From Rhizaria sp. SCN 62-66 (taxonomy: Eukaryota), in NCBI GenBank assembly GCA_001724265.1, contig MEDY01000660.1:186001-220566 (forward strand): 34,566 nucleotides of DNA, written 5' to 3'. The notes beneath the pieces are model-generated. The model was not told the DNA's origin. It did not search any database and saw only the letters and a list, made by a program, of their open reading frames with translations. The position numbers were made by a program, and so were the translations under genes. Shown piece after piece: positions 21,101-33,057 of the stretch. Position 1 is the first letter of the stretch. Every line of letters begins with the position of its first letter.

Positions 21101-24100
21101 CGAGTGCAAACAGTAGCAGTGCTTTGCTCCTATCCATTTTAAAAGAGGGCGCGGGCGCAATCCCAGAGCTTGAGACAACACTATCTGCAGTGCTGTCACA
21201 GCTTTCCAGCTTTCATTTACCTGCACATGCTTTATTGTCGGAGCAACATCAGTTTGCACGGGCATTGTCGATGTCACAACCAACGGTGCACTCATTGCTG
21301 CTGAATCTTGCTCAAAAGTCGAGTTCTGCCAGCGACTCCGCGAGTGCTACTGCTGCGCTCCACGTTGCAGCCGCGTATGTCCGTGCGTACATGTTGGCCC
21401 GGCAGCGCCTGCTGCCGCCCTCAGCGATCCCCCGCCTGCCCCGCCTTCACAACAACGCCGCTCTCCACAACTCCCCGACTCTCGCGACTCTGAGTGCACC
21501 TGGTAACAACAGCTACTACGGCGGCCCCGCGTCGCTGATGCCGGCGCCGGTGCCCGCGCTGCGGCGGCTAGCGCTCTCGCTGCTGCCGCGCATGCAGGCC
21601 TGGGCGCGCTGCTTTGCCGCGCCGCACGCGCCTGGACTGGGGCCGTTCGCCGCGGCGGCGGGCGCGAGCGTTGTCCTCAACGCGAGTGCCAATATGCGTG
21701 GCTGTGGTACAACCGCGAATGAGAATGCACGCGTTGGTGCTGCGGGACGTTGTAGCCACATTATCTCGTCGGGTGCTGATGCTTCTGCTGCTGCTGCCAC
21801 TGCCCCCTACGCACGAGCCCTCGTCACAGCCTCTGGCCCCGCATTTGCCTCCGCGCCCGCCGGCGCTCCAAACCGTGGCTACGGCCCTGGCGCCCCAGCC
21901 CCGCCCCTGGCCTTGTCGCAGCTGCCGTCAGCGTCCTCGCTGCCCACGGTGACCGCGGGCGCGGTGTGGAGCGTGGAAGAGGCCGTGACAGCGCCCGTGA
22001 TGGGGCTCCGGGGCAGGCTCGACGGCGTCGTCATCGCTAGCATTACGCCGCGCGCGGCGACGAGCAGCACGAACAACACTAGCTACGCCACTAGTAGCCA
22101 CAACAGTAACAACAACCAGGGTGGTGCTGGTGGTGGTGTTATCGGCGGCGGCGCCGGACAAGTCGTTGTTCAAACGACGACGGCGACGGCGGCGGCGACA
22201 ATGCGTCATGTTGCGAACACAAACAGCCATGGTGCTGCAAATGCTGGTGCTCTCAACTCAAGTCCCTTGAGTCTAAGCGCCCAGAACATGTGGCAATGGG
22301 ATCCTGTTGCTGCCTCCGCTGCTGCCGCTGCTGCTTATGTTGGGACTGCATCTCCCACCAACGGTGCGAACGTCACACTGTTCCCCCAACCCCAGCCTAG
22401 CCAGCGCAGCGGCGCGCCTGGGAGCAGCTACAACAGCAACAGCAGCAGCAACAGCAACGGCACAGTGACTGTGAGCAGTGTGGCGCACGCGGAGACGCAG
22501 CTGCGCGCGGCGTCGGCGCTGTGGGCCAGGCTCTGCCACAGGATCGTTTCTTCGAAATCAAACAGCAGCAACAACAATAGCATGAACGACAGCAGCGTTA
22601 ACCCAAACGCGATTGCGAATGCAGTCGCTAGCAATGATACCACGTTATATCACGTTACAGTCGCAGCCCCTAACCCAAGCACTGGCAACACTAGCAGCAG
22701 CAATACCACTGGCTCTAATTCTGGCTCAAATACGGGATATACCAGCAGTAATAGCAACAATCACACGAACGTTGCCCCGCGCCCCGGTCCTAACTCTCGC
22801 GCCAGCGCCCCGGTCCGCTTGGACTGCAACTGGCCGGTCCCAGCTCTCCCCATCCCCACACCTGCACCCGTGCCTGCATCCTCACTATCGACTGCGACTG
22901 CCAGTGCGAGCGTGACTGCGAGCGTTGCTAACGGGTCAGTTTTCCCCGCCTACGCCGTCACCGGCGGCCCCGACGCGGAGCCGCCGTGCCCGCTGCTGCC
23001 GCTGGGCGCCGACGCGGGCGCGTGGGTGGCCGTGGCCGCCGAGCCCGCGCCCGCGCTCACGGTCACCAGCATGACGACTACGACTGTGGCCACAACCACG
23101 ACGACGACAACAACTACGACGACGGCGACCGTTACCGGTGCTAGCCAAGGTGCGCGTCCCAACTCTCTTCACATTGCCAGCAGTCAAGGTGGCAGGCATA
23201 TTGTGAGCGGCAGCACTCTGGTGACCGTGGGCACTGCGGCGGCTCGACGGCTCACGGTCACTCTGCCGGGTCACCCGTTTTCGCCCTCCGTCTGCCCCGG
23301 TGAGTGCACTTTCGTCGGCACGAGTACCAACGCCAGCAACAGCGCGAATCCCTCTGCTGTGACCTCTGGCGCTGTTTACAGCCACGGCGGCGGCGTGGCC
23401 GTGACCGCGACGCCGGTCCCTGCCCCCGCTACTGTCAGCTTCACTGAGTCTGAGGCGTCGGGGCCCTACGCGGGCCTCTTTGCGGCCATTCGCGGCAGTA
23501 GGCGCTGGTGCGAGGCCGTGTTTCCACACTTGATGACCCCGGACGCGCCGGTATCATCACCACCATCAGCAGCAAATACAGCGGCGAACGCAAACAGCAT
23601 TAATTTTGCAGTCGCGAACAATGCAAGCTGTCGCCAGGGGGTGCTGTCGCGCTGGCCCGCCGCCGTCACCGTCACGGCGGCAGCAGCTGGGCTGTTCTCG
23701 CAGTCTGCGCCGCCCCTGTCGTCCTTCGTGGCAACGCCGGCCGCGGTCACGGCGGCGGTGGCCACGGTCACTGCAATGTTCCCGTTCCCGCCTGGCACGG
23801 CGGGGCGGGTGCTGTTGGCGCCCTGTATCACCGCCACATCAACAGCAGCACCCACGCCTGCTGTGAGCTTTAGCAGCGCGGCTGCGGTCGAGAATAAGAG
23901 CAGCGAGTCGATGAACGGCTTGGGCGTTGTTAGCGTTCCGTTCAACGGCTCCCACGGCCTCTTTATTACAGGCCGCCACTCCTCGTACAACAACATGTCT
24001 GTTGTCAACAGCACCGGAGTAAACCAGGCGACTGCGGCTATTAGTGCTCCGATGAGCGCAGGGACAGTGGCGTCTGACGCAGTGTTAGCGCTGGCTACAT

Positions 24101-27100
24101 CCCGCCTCGAGTCGCTTTCCTGGGCGTCCGGCGCCGCGACGTCGCTGCTGCTGCCCCTGGAGCTCAAGACATCGCGCCCGGGTTCGCTCGCGCACTCGGC
24201 GCAGGCCGCGCTGTACACGCTGCTGCTGGGCGAGCGGTACGCGCCGCAGCTGCGCGGGCCCGTGCCGGCCTCGCTGCTGTGGGCCATGCGCGACACGCGG
24301 CGTGGCGTGGGGGCCAAGCTCGCGGACCTGGACAAGGCGACATCGAACAACAAAGCGAACGGCAATGCTCAGAACAGCTCGAACGCGCCGGTTGGTGCCA
24401 GCTCTTCAGCAGCGAATCCGAGCGTCCCCTTAGAGGTTGCTGCGCGCGCTGCTAGGGGGCTGCTGCTAAGGGAAGTCTCGGATATTGACGCGAGTTTGAT
24501 GGCGGTCCCGTACAGCACAGTCGAGCTGCCTCAACAGCCGCAGCAGCAGAATGCAGCTGTTCCTGCCACGGCATCTTCAGGTGACAACAGCAACCGCCCT
24601 GCGAGTTCAAGCGCTCGTCCTGACTGCTTTGGAGAGAGTTACCTGGCAGATCTTGAGTCAGAGGGCGTGGCGACGCTGGCAGAGGCCGGGTCAGAGCTTG
24701 GTCTTGCGCTGCCGCTAACTGTGGGCAACATCCTTGCTTTCGGCGAAACCACTTCTGATCTCTATAGCAACACAACTGGTGCCGAGTCAGAGAGCGGCGG
24801 TGCGTATCCCACCGACATGTGCCCCGTCTCCCCCCTCGTCGCGCCGCCCGGCGAGACCTCCGTCGTCTCCGTCCCCGCGGGCCACGTGACGCACCTCATC
24901 AGCACGCGCAACGCTATTGCAGCGGCGCTCGCCCGCGCTGCAGCATCAGCGGCGGCTTCAGCTGCAGCGGCGACAGCAGGTGAGGCGGCGGATGGCGACA
25001 TCGAGACTGATGCAGTGAAGAATCTCATTAGCAGCATGAGTAGCTCCACTGCAGCGACTGACGGCAGCCCTACTTCAACCGCTGAGACCTCCCTTGTCGT
25101 CGCACACCCTCGCTCCGCCAAGCCCCGGCCACAAACACAGCCTCAGTCCCGCCCCTGGGCCGCGTTGCAGCAGCGGCCTCAGTGGTCCCCGGTGGGCTAC
25201 CTGCCCCCCTGCACGGGCAACCCAGCCACGGACTGCGTGTACTGCCCCGTCAAGGCGCCCTGCGACGCGCTGAAGCGAGCCGAGGAGGCCGCGCTTACCG
25301 CGGCGATCGACGCAGAGAGCAGCGGCAGTCTCAATGGCGCTGAGACGACCGGTGCGGCCGCTAAGATGACGGATATTGAGGACGTGTGCTCTGGCGCCAA
25401 CACCGCGAACTCCGCTGCAACAGCTCACAGCTTGCGCCCCCGCGCTGCGGCCGCAGTGAGCCGCGCCGCGCTGCGCGCCGCCCGACGCCGCACCGCTGTG
25501 CAGGCGTGGACTCGCGCGCTCGATATCGAGGCCGACGCGGAGGTGCGGGACGCGCTTGCGGCTTCGAAGCACAACAGGAGCGATGCCATGGGGAATAACA
25601 CGCAAGCGACTAGCAACAACAGCAATACGCACACTACATCTGTTTCTGCTGTCTCTGCTGGCCCGTGGTCTCGTGTCACGTCTGCTGTGACCGCGACTCT
25701 TAAGGGACCGGGCTCTGCTGCAGCTGCCGTTGCCCCATTGGCCCGTGCTTGGGCGAGCGATCGTGAGACTCAATGGGGTCTGAGCGCTACCAGTGCGGGT
25801 GCAGGTACTCGCACGGGTAAGTGTGAATGTGAGCTATCCGTTGTCACAGGTGGCTATTGTTCATGTGTCAATAATGTTTCTCTGGGCATTCAGTGTGCGC
25901 CGGACTCGAATAATCGCAAGTACAGCAAGAGTAATCCCCCCGAGTTGTTCCTTGTGTCTGCTAAGAAGGCGCCGGGTCGCCGCGACACCGCTACGAAGAG
26001 CACCAAAAACAAAAGGAGCAAGACTAACACGAGTGAGAAAACCCGTTCCACAAGTAAGATCAATGGTAAGTCGAACGCGAACGAGAACATCGGCCGCACC
26101 GCGTTTGTGTTTGGCGAAAGCGACAACAGTGGCAGCGAGGACGACGACGGCACCTACGAGCGCGACGAAGGGCTTGAGTACTGGCACTATACGTTTGCTC
26201 TCACCCCCACAGGTCCCGCGGTCGAGAGTGACAAGTTCTATATTTCGCCTAACACGAAGAAGGCTATTAATAGAAGCGCCAGCCAGATCACTATGACTGA
26301 TGGCGACAGTACCAGTCCAAGTTCTCCCGCCGCCAGTGTCGACCTGCGCGATATCTATACCGCCGGCGACATGATGACAGCGTCCGCGCGCGTCGCACCT
26401 GCACCGACACACGCGCTGCTCACGGTCACTCCTCCCACGCTTGCAGTCACTTCGCATGAGGGCAACCGCGAAAACACTTTTATGGTAGAGGAAGAGCTTG
26501 TAACACTGCCGACTTGGGCCTATTTTGCCCCAGCACACACGCACACTAACATCGTCGACAGTCAATTCGACTTGAGTGATGCGCTGTGGCCGTCAGCGGC
26601 AGACTCTGCGTACCAGCTATCAGTCCACCACGCAGCCCTGTATTCACAGCCGCCTCCAGCCGCCGCAGCTACCTCAACGGCAGCGACAGCGCAGCCGTCG
26701 CTGCCGCTGCTGCCGCCGCTGCCGCCCCGCCCCGCCACATCGGTTGTCGCTTCCATCTCGGTGCTCACAGTCACTGCAACCACGGTCACCGTTGTCGCCG
26801 CGGGCTCGCGTCCCGGCGCTGGAGCGAACACTCACGGCCACTGCTACCAAGGAGTGAGCCAGGGTGTGCCGGCGCCCGTCGCGCACGCGGCTGCCCTTGC
26901 GTTAGCGTCGAGCAGTGACGCGGGCAATAAGAGGGACGCTGTCGACGAGGGAGACGATTTACGTTTCCGCGGTTGCGGATCAACTTTGTGGGGTGGCGTC
27001 CTCTCACCCCACATGTACGCCCGCTCCGTGCTTTTCTGCGGCAAGCCCCCGCCGTCGGTGCCGCTGGGGCCTGAGTGGTTTGAGACCGCGACAGCCGCTG

Positions 27101-30100
27101 TGCTGCCCGTCGTGCCCGTGGCGGCGGCGCTGCGGCGCGCGCTGCTGTGGAAGGCACACTCCGCGACTACAGCAGCAGCAAAGAAGGCATCTGCCATTAG
27201 TGCATCGACTGTAAGCAGCACGACTTCAAACGCGACGAGCGTTAGTTTCAGCTCGAGCTCTAGCGTGCGTCAGGTTACAGCGCACACAGTACATGTTACG
27301 GCTTCTTCCCCCGCACCAACGCACATCACCACGACAACGTCAACAAGTAACAGCTCCGTTACAGCAGTGAGTAGTATTAGTCGCAGTGGCAGTGGCGGAG
27401 CGTCAGACCAGAGCGCTGTGGCTGTTGCCGCGCCAGCCTCGGTCGCCCTGTCGTTTCCCCCGTCCCCGGCCTCGCGCACGCTGTCGCCCTGCGTGTTCAG
27501 GCTGTTTCCCACCGCGTGGCAGTCCCGTCCGCGCGCGCAGAGGGCGGCCGTGGTGGGGCTGCTGATGGGGGCGGCGATGCCAGTGACCGCTGACACTGCG
27601 CTTCCTGCTGCTGAGGGTACCACATCCACGGCAACTCAAGCGACTGAGAGTGCGCTCACAGCTACGAGTAATGCAGTCGCAGCCATTGACAACACAATGA
27701 TTGATGAAAACACTTGCTGTATGTCGTCTGAGAATATGAGTCCTTCTGGTTTGAATGCAACCGAGGCAGCATCAGCGACTGCTGTGTCAGCCTACGACAA
27801 AAACTACTGGATTGGCGACGACTCCGACTCAGATGATGACGAGAGCTGCGCCTCTGACACGACGAAGACCGAGGCCGACGCAAAGCCCTTGTCGACCGCG
27901 ACCGTGCTCTCCGCTCGCCCCGACCCGCGCGTCCCGCCCGGAGCTCTCTCGGCGCGGCTCCTGCGCCACGCGCTGCTCGACGGCCGCCGTCCGCGCTTCG
28001 TGGCATCGCTCGCCCCGCTCTGGACGACTGCTCACGGCCATAACAATGCTCCACTTTGCGTCCCTGTGTATACTACAGCGTCTGGCTCCGGAGCTGTTCG
28101 TGTCGCGACGACACCAGGTATGCGTGCCAGTGCGACTGCGGCTCCCGACGTGCTTACATTGATGGGCGAGCTTTCCAAGTGCCCGTTGGTGCCGCAATAT
28201 GCCCGTGCAGCGCTTGAGATCCCCTTAGAAGACCTATCTCAATCTACAAGCAGGATTGATAAACCTGCAAAAAATCACGGCGACGACTCGTCGCATGCAG
28301 AGTCCCCGTTGCACCGTCTGCACACGCTTCCCCGCTCTGCTCCCGCTACCGCCGCGTCCTCCCCGCTCGCCCTGCCCTCGCTCTTCCCCGCCCCGCGCCC
28401 GCACTCTCTCGCTGAGCTGGTGACGGCGCTGAATGCCGACCAGCGCACCGCCCTGGCCCGCTGTCTTACTGCGCGCGACTACGCGCTTGTGCGCGGCTAC
28501 CCGGGCACCGGCAAGTCGAGTCTGCTGGGCGCGCTCGTCGCCGTGCTTGCGGCGGCGGGCGCGAGCGTGCTCGTCGTTGGTTACACGCACGCCGCGGTGG
28601 AGCAGGTGATGGAGAAAGTCGTGTCGATCGATCAGGCCGATGCGCTGACCAGTGTAAACGCGGTGGTTGATGCGACAAAGCGTGCGACGGAGGCGCGCAA
28701 TGCCGCTGCTTCCGAGAATGGCCAACCTGCCGTTCACATTGACGCTGTACGCGATACGTTTGTGTCGAAAGACGCGCGCGCGTATGCGCTGAGGTATGGA
28801 GGCTGGCTGCGTGCGCGCGTGCTGCGAATTGGCGGCGACAGCAAGAGCAGGAGTGACGCAGCGGTTGGTGACGGCGACACTGGTGCCGATGCCTTTGCTA
28901 CAGATAAATACGATGATGATACTCGTAACAAAGACGATGAGTCTGACGATGAACCAACTGCAGAGACAACGACCGTGTCGGGGTCTGAGCCTGAGGCGGA
29001 GACTGATGCCCCTCTATATGCGTATTCGTTTGTTGCCATTGTGCGCGCCGAGCGCCGCCGTTTGGCGCGCGAGCAGCTGCGCTCCTTGGACTCGATTAGC
29101 TCACAGTCGCAGTCAGCACCGAGTGGGCCCGGCTCACGTGACGATGGCCGCCCACTGCTCCCACTGCTCTCCCAGTCGCTCCCCTCAGTCTCCGCTGCTC
29201 TATCGCGTCGTACTGTTGTCTTTGCCACATGCCTTGCCTGCCAGCGCAACCCGTACCTGCTGTCGCGCGCCGGCACGTTTGACTACGTGATTTGCGATGA
29301 GGCGTCGCAAGTCGTGGTGCCGACGCTGCTGGCGTCGCTGGGGCTGCTGAGGCGGCGCCCCCAATCGTTTCTCACGGTCACTCCACCATCGCACACAAGC
29401 GCAACAGCTAATACCACGGGCGGCGTGTGGGCTAAGGGTCCGTGGTGGCTGTCGCAGCGCGCGGCGTTGCCCGGCGCATTTATCCTCGTCGGCGACGATT
29501 ACCAGCTTTCGCCGCTCGTTCTTAGTGACAGCGCCACTGCTAACAACAATAGCAACAGGAATGACTGTAACACAAAGGAAGAGACCAGGAGTGCGATCTT
29601 GACGAACGATTCTTTAGCAGTAACAGGTTCTGTTCGTAATGTTGCGGCAGGTACTGCATCGTCGTTACCGATGCTTCTTTTCACTTCATCGTCCTCTCTG
29701 CTCACAGTTTCCCCGCTTGCGTTGCTGTGCGCAGCTCACCCGGCCGCGGTCGCCCCGCTGCGCACACAGTACCGCATGAAGCAGGCTATTATGGCGCTTG
29801 CGGATGAGGTTGTTTACGGCGGGCAGCTGGTCTGCGGTCGCATTGATGACGGCTACAATAACGGCAACGAGGAAAATAGCACAGATGTGAGCAACAGTTC
29901 GAGTGCGTCTCTTTCTACGAAGCAAGACCAGACACAGCAGCCGTGGTCACCCGCGTTAGTGATGGCGTTATGGCTTGCCAAGTCCGGCGACACGACTCTC
30001 TCACATGCAACAGTGACATCAGACGATAACTTTCCGATTTACCAGACTCCGTGCACGTGCCCAAATGTCTTTGGCAACCACAGTTTGAGCAACACAAGTA

Positions 30101-32191
30101 CTCAAAGTGCATCATCGAGTTGCCCTCGTCACCAGTGGCTACTCTCAGCTTTGTCTCCATCGCATCATCTTTCGTGGCTTGATACCCGCCAAGTGAGTCT
30201 CGTTGACTCGAAGGAGGCCGCCGTGCTCACACAGTCGCCGCTGGGATTTGCGGCACCGATGGCAGCTGTTACTACACCGTCAGGTTGGAGCCCGGTCACG
30301 CCGGCGAGTAACGTGACGATGCCTGTCGCTATGGGCGCGGGCAACACGATTACATCCCAGTCTCTCTTGACATCAAACGTTGGTGCTCTTCGTTCAAGCT
30401 TAGGCGATCAACCCGTATCTAGGTCTGGCTTCACTTCGAGGACTAGCTCGAGTTCCAGCTCTAGTTCAGCAATGTTTGCAGCGCCTCTTATGTCACCATT
30501 GTCCGCGTCTGCGCCAGTTCCAGCGCCAGCGGTATCACCAGTGGCAGCGTCTGCGTCGCTGTCTAATCTATCATTCACAGCATCTCCTCTTTTCTTCACG
30601 CCTCTGTCGCCGCTGACTCCGCGCATCCTGTCGCCTTTCCTGTCGCAACGCCAGCCGCACTCACAGTCACGACTACACTCATCTCCGTTCCACTCACCAG
30701 AGCCTTTCAGTGCCAATGCGAACCATATCCGCAACGCGAACAGTAGTTTTACCAGTACGAAGCGCAGTGACACTGGTGGTGCGACTGTTGGCCTAACGCC
30801 TCCGATGTTCAACATAGGCGAAGCCGCGCTTACAGTCACAGTATGTACCGCGATAATTGTGTCAGAGTGTGCGATGTTGTTGCAGTCGGCGTTCGATACT
30901 GCAGCAGATGCAGCAGTCTCTGCCGCTGTCGATGAGCTGATGCACACTGCTGGTGCGGCTGCTGGTGATGGCGTGACTTTGACGGAGGCAACGCTGTCCC
31001 AACAAGAAGCAGCGATTTGGCACTCTCTTACAACTTTGAGCACGGCATCGGATATTCCCAGCAGCGTCAGTTTGTCCGATGCCAAGTCGTCACGCAACCC
31101 CCAGGCCCACAGTCACTGCGGTTTTCTGTCAGTGCATTCTCTTCAGTCTCTCGCACTGTCAGTTGCGGCCTCTGCTGCGTGGCGCGCTGTGCCAACGAAG
31201 GCACTCGCAGTCATGTCCCCGTATCGGGCGCAAGTTGCACTCATCAGCAAGATGCTTGCGGAGGCTGATGTGGCATCTGCGATTGCGCCAACCAACGCAG
31301 TTTCGTCAGAGAAGATGCATGGCGAGGGTCACGGTGAGGCTGATGGTCATACCATTGCGAAGAACACGATTGAAGATGTAGCGGCTGTAAACGCATTTGA
31401 AGCAGCTTTTGCTTTTATTGTGTCGGAAGTCGGGCATCGTACCTTTGCGCGCGCACACTCACGAATTCACTCACTTCTCCACACGCACGTCGCGCGCTCA
31501 CAGTTACAGACACCTCAAGATTGCTGCTTACAGCTACCTGAATGCTTACAGCCTTGCCCTTTATTGATTCCAGCCCGTCTCTTGCCAAAATTAAGTCGCA
31601 TTGAGGTCGCCACAATCGACCGCTATCAAGGCCGCGAGAAGCCCGCGATAGTTCTGTCCCTTGTGCGCGCCAACGGCGAGGCCGAGACTGGTGCGCTGCT
31701 CAAGGACTGGCGGCGGATCAACGTGGCGGTGACGCGCGCGCGAGACAAGATGATTGTTGTGGGGTGTGGTGACACGCTGGCGGGGGAGGCTGGTGAGTGG
31801 GGGGCGAAATATGGTCGCTTGCTCGCATCGGGAACACTTGTTTACAATAGCAATAAGGCTACTAGTAGCAGCGGCGACAGAGACGCAGGGATGGGTGATA
31901 AGATTGATCCCAGTGATTTCCCGTGCGGCGATGGTGACTTCGACGATCATGACGACTTGATGCGTGAACAAAGTGCTGTTGCAGAGGCGGAGTACTTAAG
32001 GGATATCAGATTTACACTTGCAGCACCAACCAATATAACCCCCGTTATCAGTGCGAATGATTACGCGCACCGCGATAAGAGGGCCCGCTTTGCTGTTGCG
32101 GGAGACCATAGCAGTCCGAAAAACACTCATAGTGCGCGCGCAATATCAGAGAACAACACATCGGTTCAACTGTCACCACGACATCAGGAGC

Positions 32192-32205
<14 letters not shown>
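18135..32205 (+). CDS. DNA2: DNA replication ATP-dependent helicase/nuclease DNA2, very long (2 exons: 18135-20811 and 20933-32205; 4,649 aa to the TAG, probably longer)
   Basis: DNA2 motifs in the expected order. OB-like: RLLVLA, LLLRDEW, KGDIVHVI. Nuclease/Fe-S: LHPDLLLSPTVVSTAMGCVRRAVLTERL (~20046-20130), LGSAAHAVAQ, VEEAVTAPVMGLRGRLDG (~21973-22026), PLELKTS..HSAQAALYTLLLGERY (~24154-24240), LISTRNAIA, LPP..CVYCPVKAPC (~25201-25263). SF1B helicase: LNADQR, GYPGTGKS (28495-28518), YTHAAVE, DEASQ (29296-29310), VGDDYQLSPLV, QYRM, SPYRAQ, TIDRYQGRE, RRINVAVTRAR. The start codon is the first plausible ATG after the AT-rich region and is less certain. Confidence 0.9.
18528..18661 (+). repeat. 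Short coding tandem repeats in the DNA2 N-terminus
   Basis: Three near-identical 15-nt units (GCGGCGGYAGTRAAT, 18528-18572) and two perfect 24-nt units GCGAGCGTGAGCGCCAGCACGGAC (18609-18656). Confidence 0.8.
20812..20932 (+). other. Intron of DNA2 (121 nt, phase 1)
   Basis: CAG|GTACGA ... CTCAT ... CATAG|C; AT-rich. Removal joins the 962-aa and 3811-aa ORFs in frame. Confidence 0.9.
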
Positions 32206-32276
<71 letters not shown>

Positions 32277-32283
32277 NNNNNNN

Positions 32284-32375
<92 letters not shown>
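32191..32375 (+). repeat. (CAG)n microsatellite, at least 57 complete units, interrupted by one TAG and by a 7-N assembly gap
   Basis: (CAG)4 TAG (CAG)23 CA, then N7 at 32277-32283, then AG (CAG)30. True length unknown because of the gap. Confidence 0.97.
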
Positions 32376-32377
<2 letters not shown>

Positions 32378-32609
32378 CCAAGACCGGAGCAAGACAGATA
32401 ACAGTAACAACAACATGAACAGTAATCTGTGCAGCATCGATAATCTTGGAGGCGGGGTTATGGCCCGCGCTGTTGCGTACTTGCGCCGCAATAACCACGA
32501 TGTAGTGCTGCCTGTTGACGCGTTGGATACTTTGCCCGCGCTTGTGCAAGTGCTGTGGCGTCGCGCCGTCGAAGACGAACTCTCGAAACGCGAGGGGCAG
32601 AACGTATAA
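32286..32609 (+). CDS. Probable true C-terminal segment of DNA2 (polyQ + PQDRSK...MARAVAYLRRNNHDVVLPVDAL...QNV-TAA)
   Basis: The CAG (Gln) frame after the gap is open to TAA at 32607-32609. It has the same N/S-rich style as the DNA2 inserts and contains a segment resembling the post-motif-VI helix of DNA2 (recalled pattern, not aligned). AT-rich UTR-like sequence starts right after 32609. Confidence 0.6.
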
Positions 32610-33057
32610 GTTAGGATTATTATCAGCAGAAATTCATTGATTTGTAATGCAGATATTTATGCTATTCGATATTTAGTCACCTGTGGGCTTTCTTAGACTC
32701 GTCAAGAATCGTAGACGCAGCAGTTGTGAAGTGATACCGAATTTGGTATGCTTGCTGTTACGTAAATACATCAACATATCATTTATTCACCTGGTATTAA
32801 TTCTTTTTTCTTTGAGTTAGATTATAATGTTATCACCTTTCCACCCTCTCACTCTCACTGATATTTATCCAACTGTCGTGTCATGCAATATCACTTTCCG
32901 ATAAATTGTAACACCAAACAATTGCTTTGCACATTATCTTGGCCATTATTGAGGTGCTGTGGCATTTCTGCGGACATTACACCCACGGTTAAACAAAAAA
33001 ACTTGCCGATTTCGGACTGATGACATATAAGAACGTTGTTGTCACTGAGGAAAGTTG

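Noticed and set aside
17958-32205. Two separate genes (962 aa and 3811 aa) as listed in the ORF track
   Set aside because: A canonical 121-nt intron (20812-20932) joins them in frame, and the DNA2 nuclease motifs are split between the two.
20933-32205. Inteins or ordinary introns explaining the DNA2 inserts
   Set aside because: No Hint-domain or LAGLIDADG-like motifs noticed. The inserts are low-complexity, stop-free and lack the GTACG/CTCAC/pyrimidine-YAG grammar. An isolated GTAAGT near 25817 has no convincing acceptor.
32048-32549. PolyCys/polyAla/polyLeu/polySer ORFs over the CAG tract
   Set aside because: Alternative-frame translations of the microsatellite spanning an N gap.
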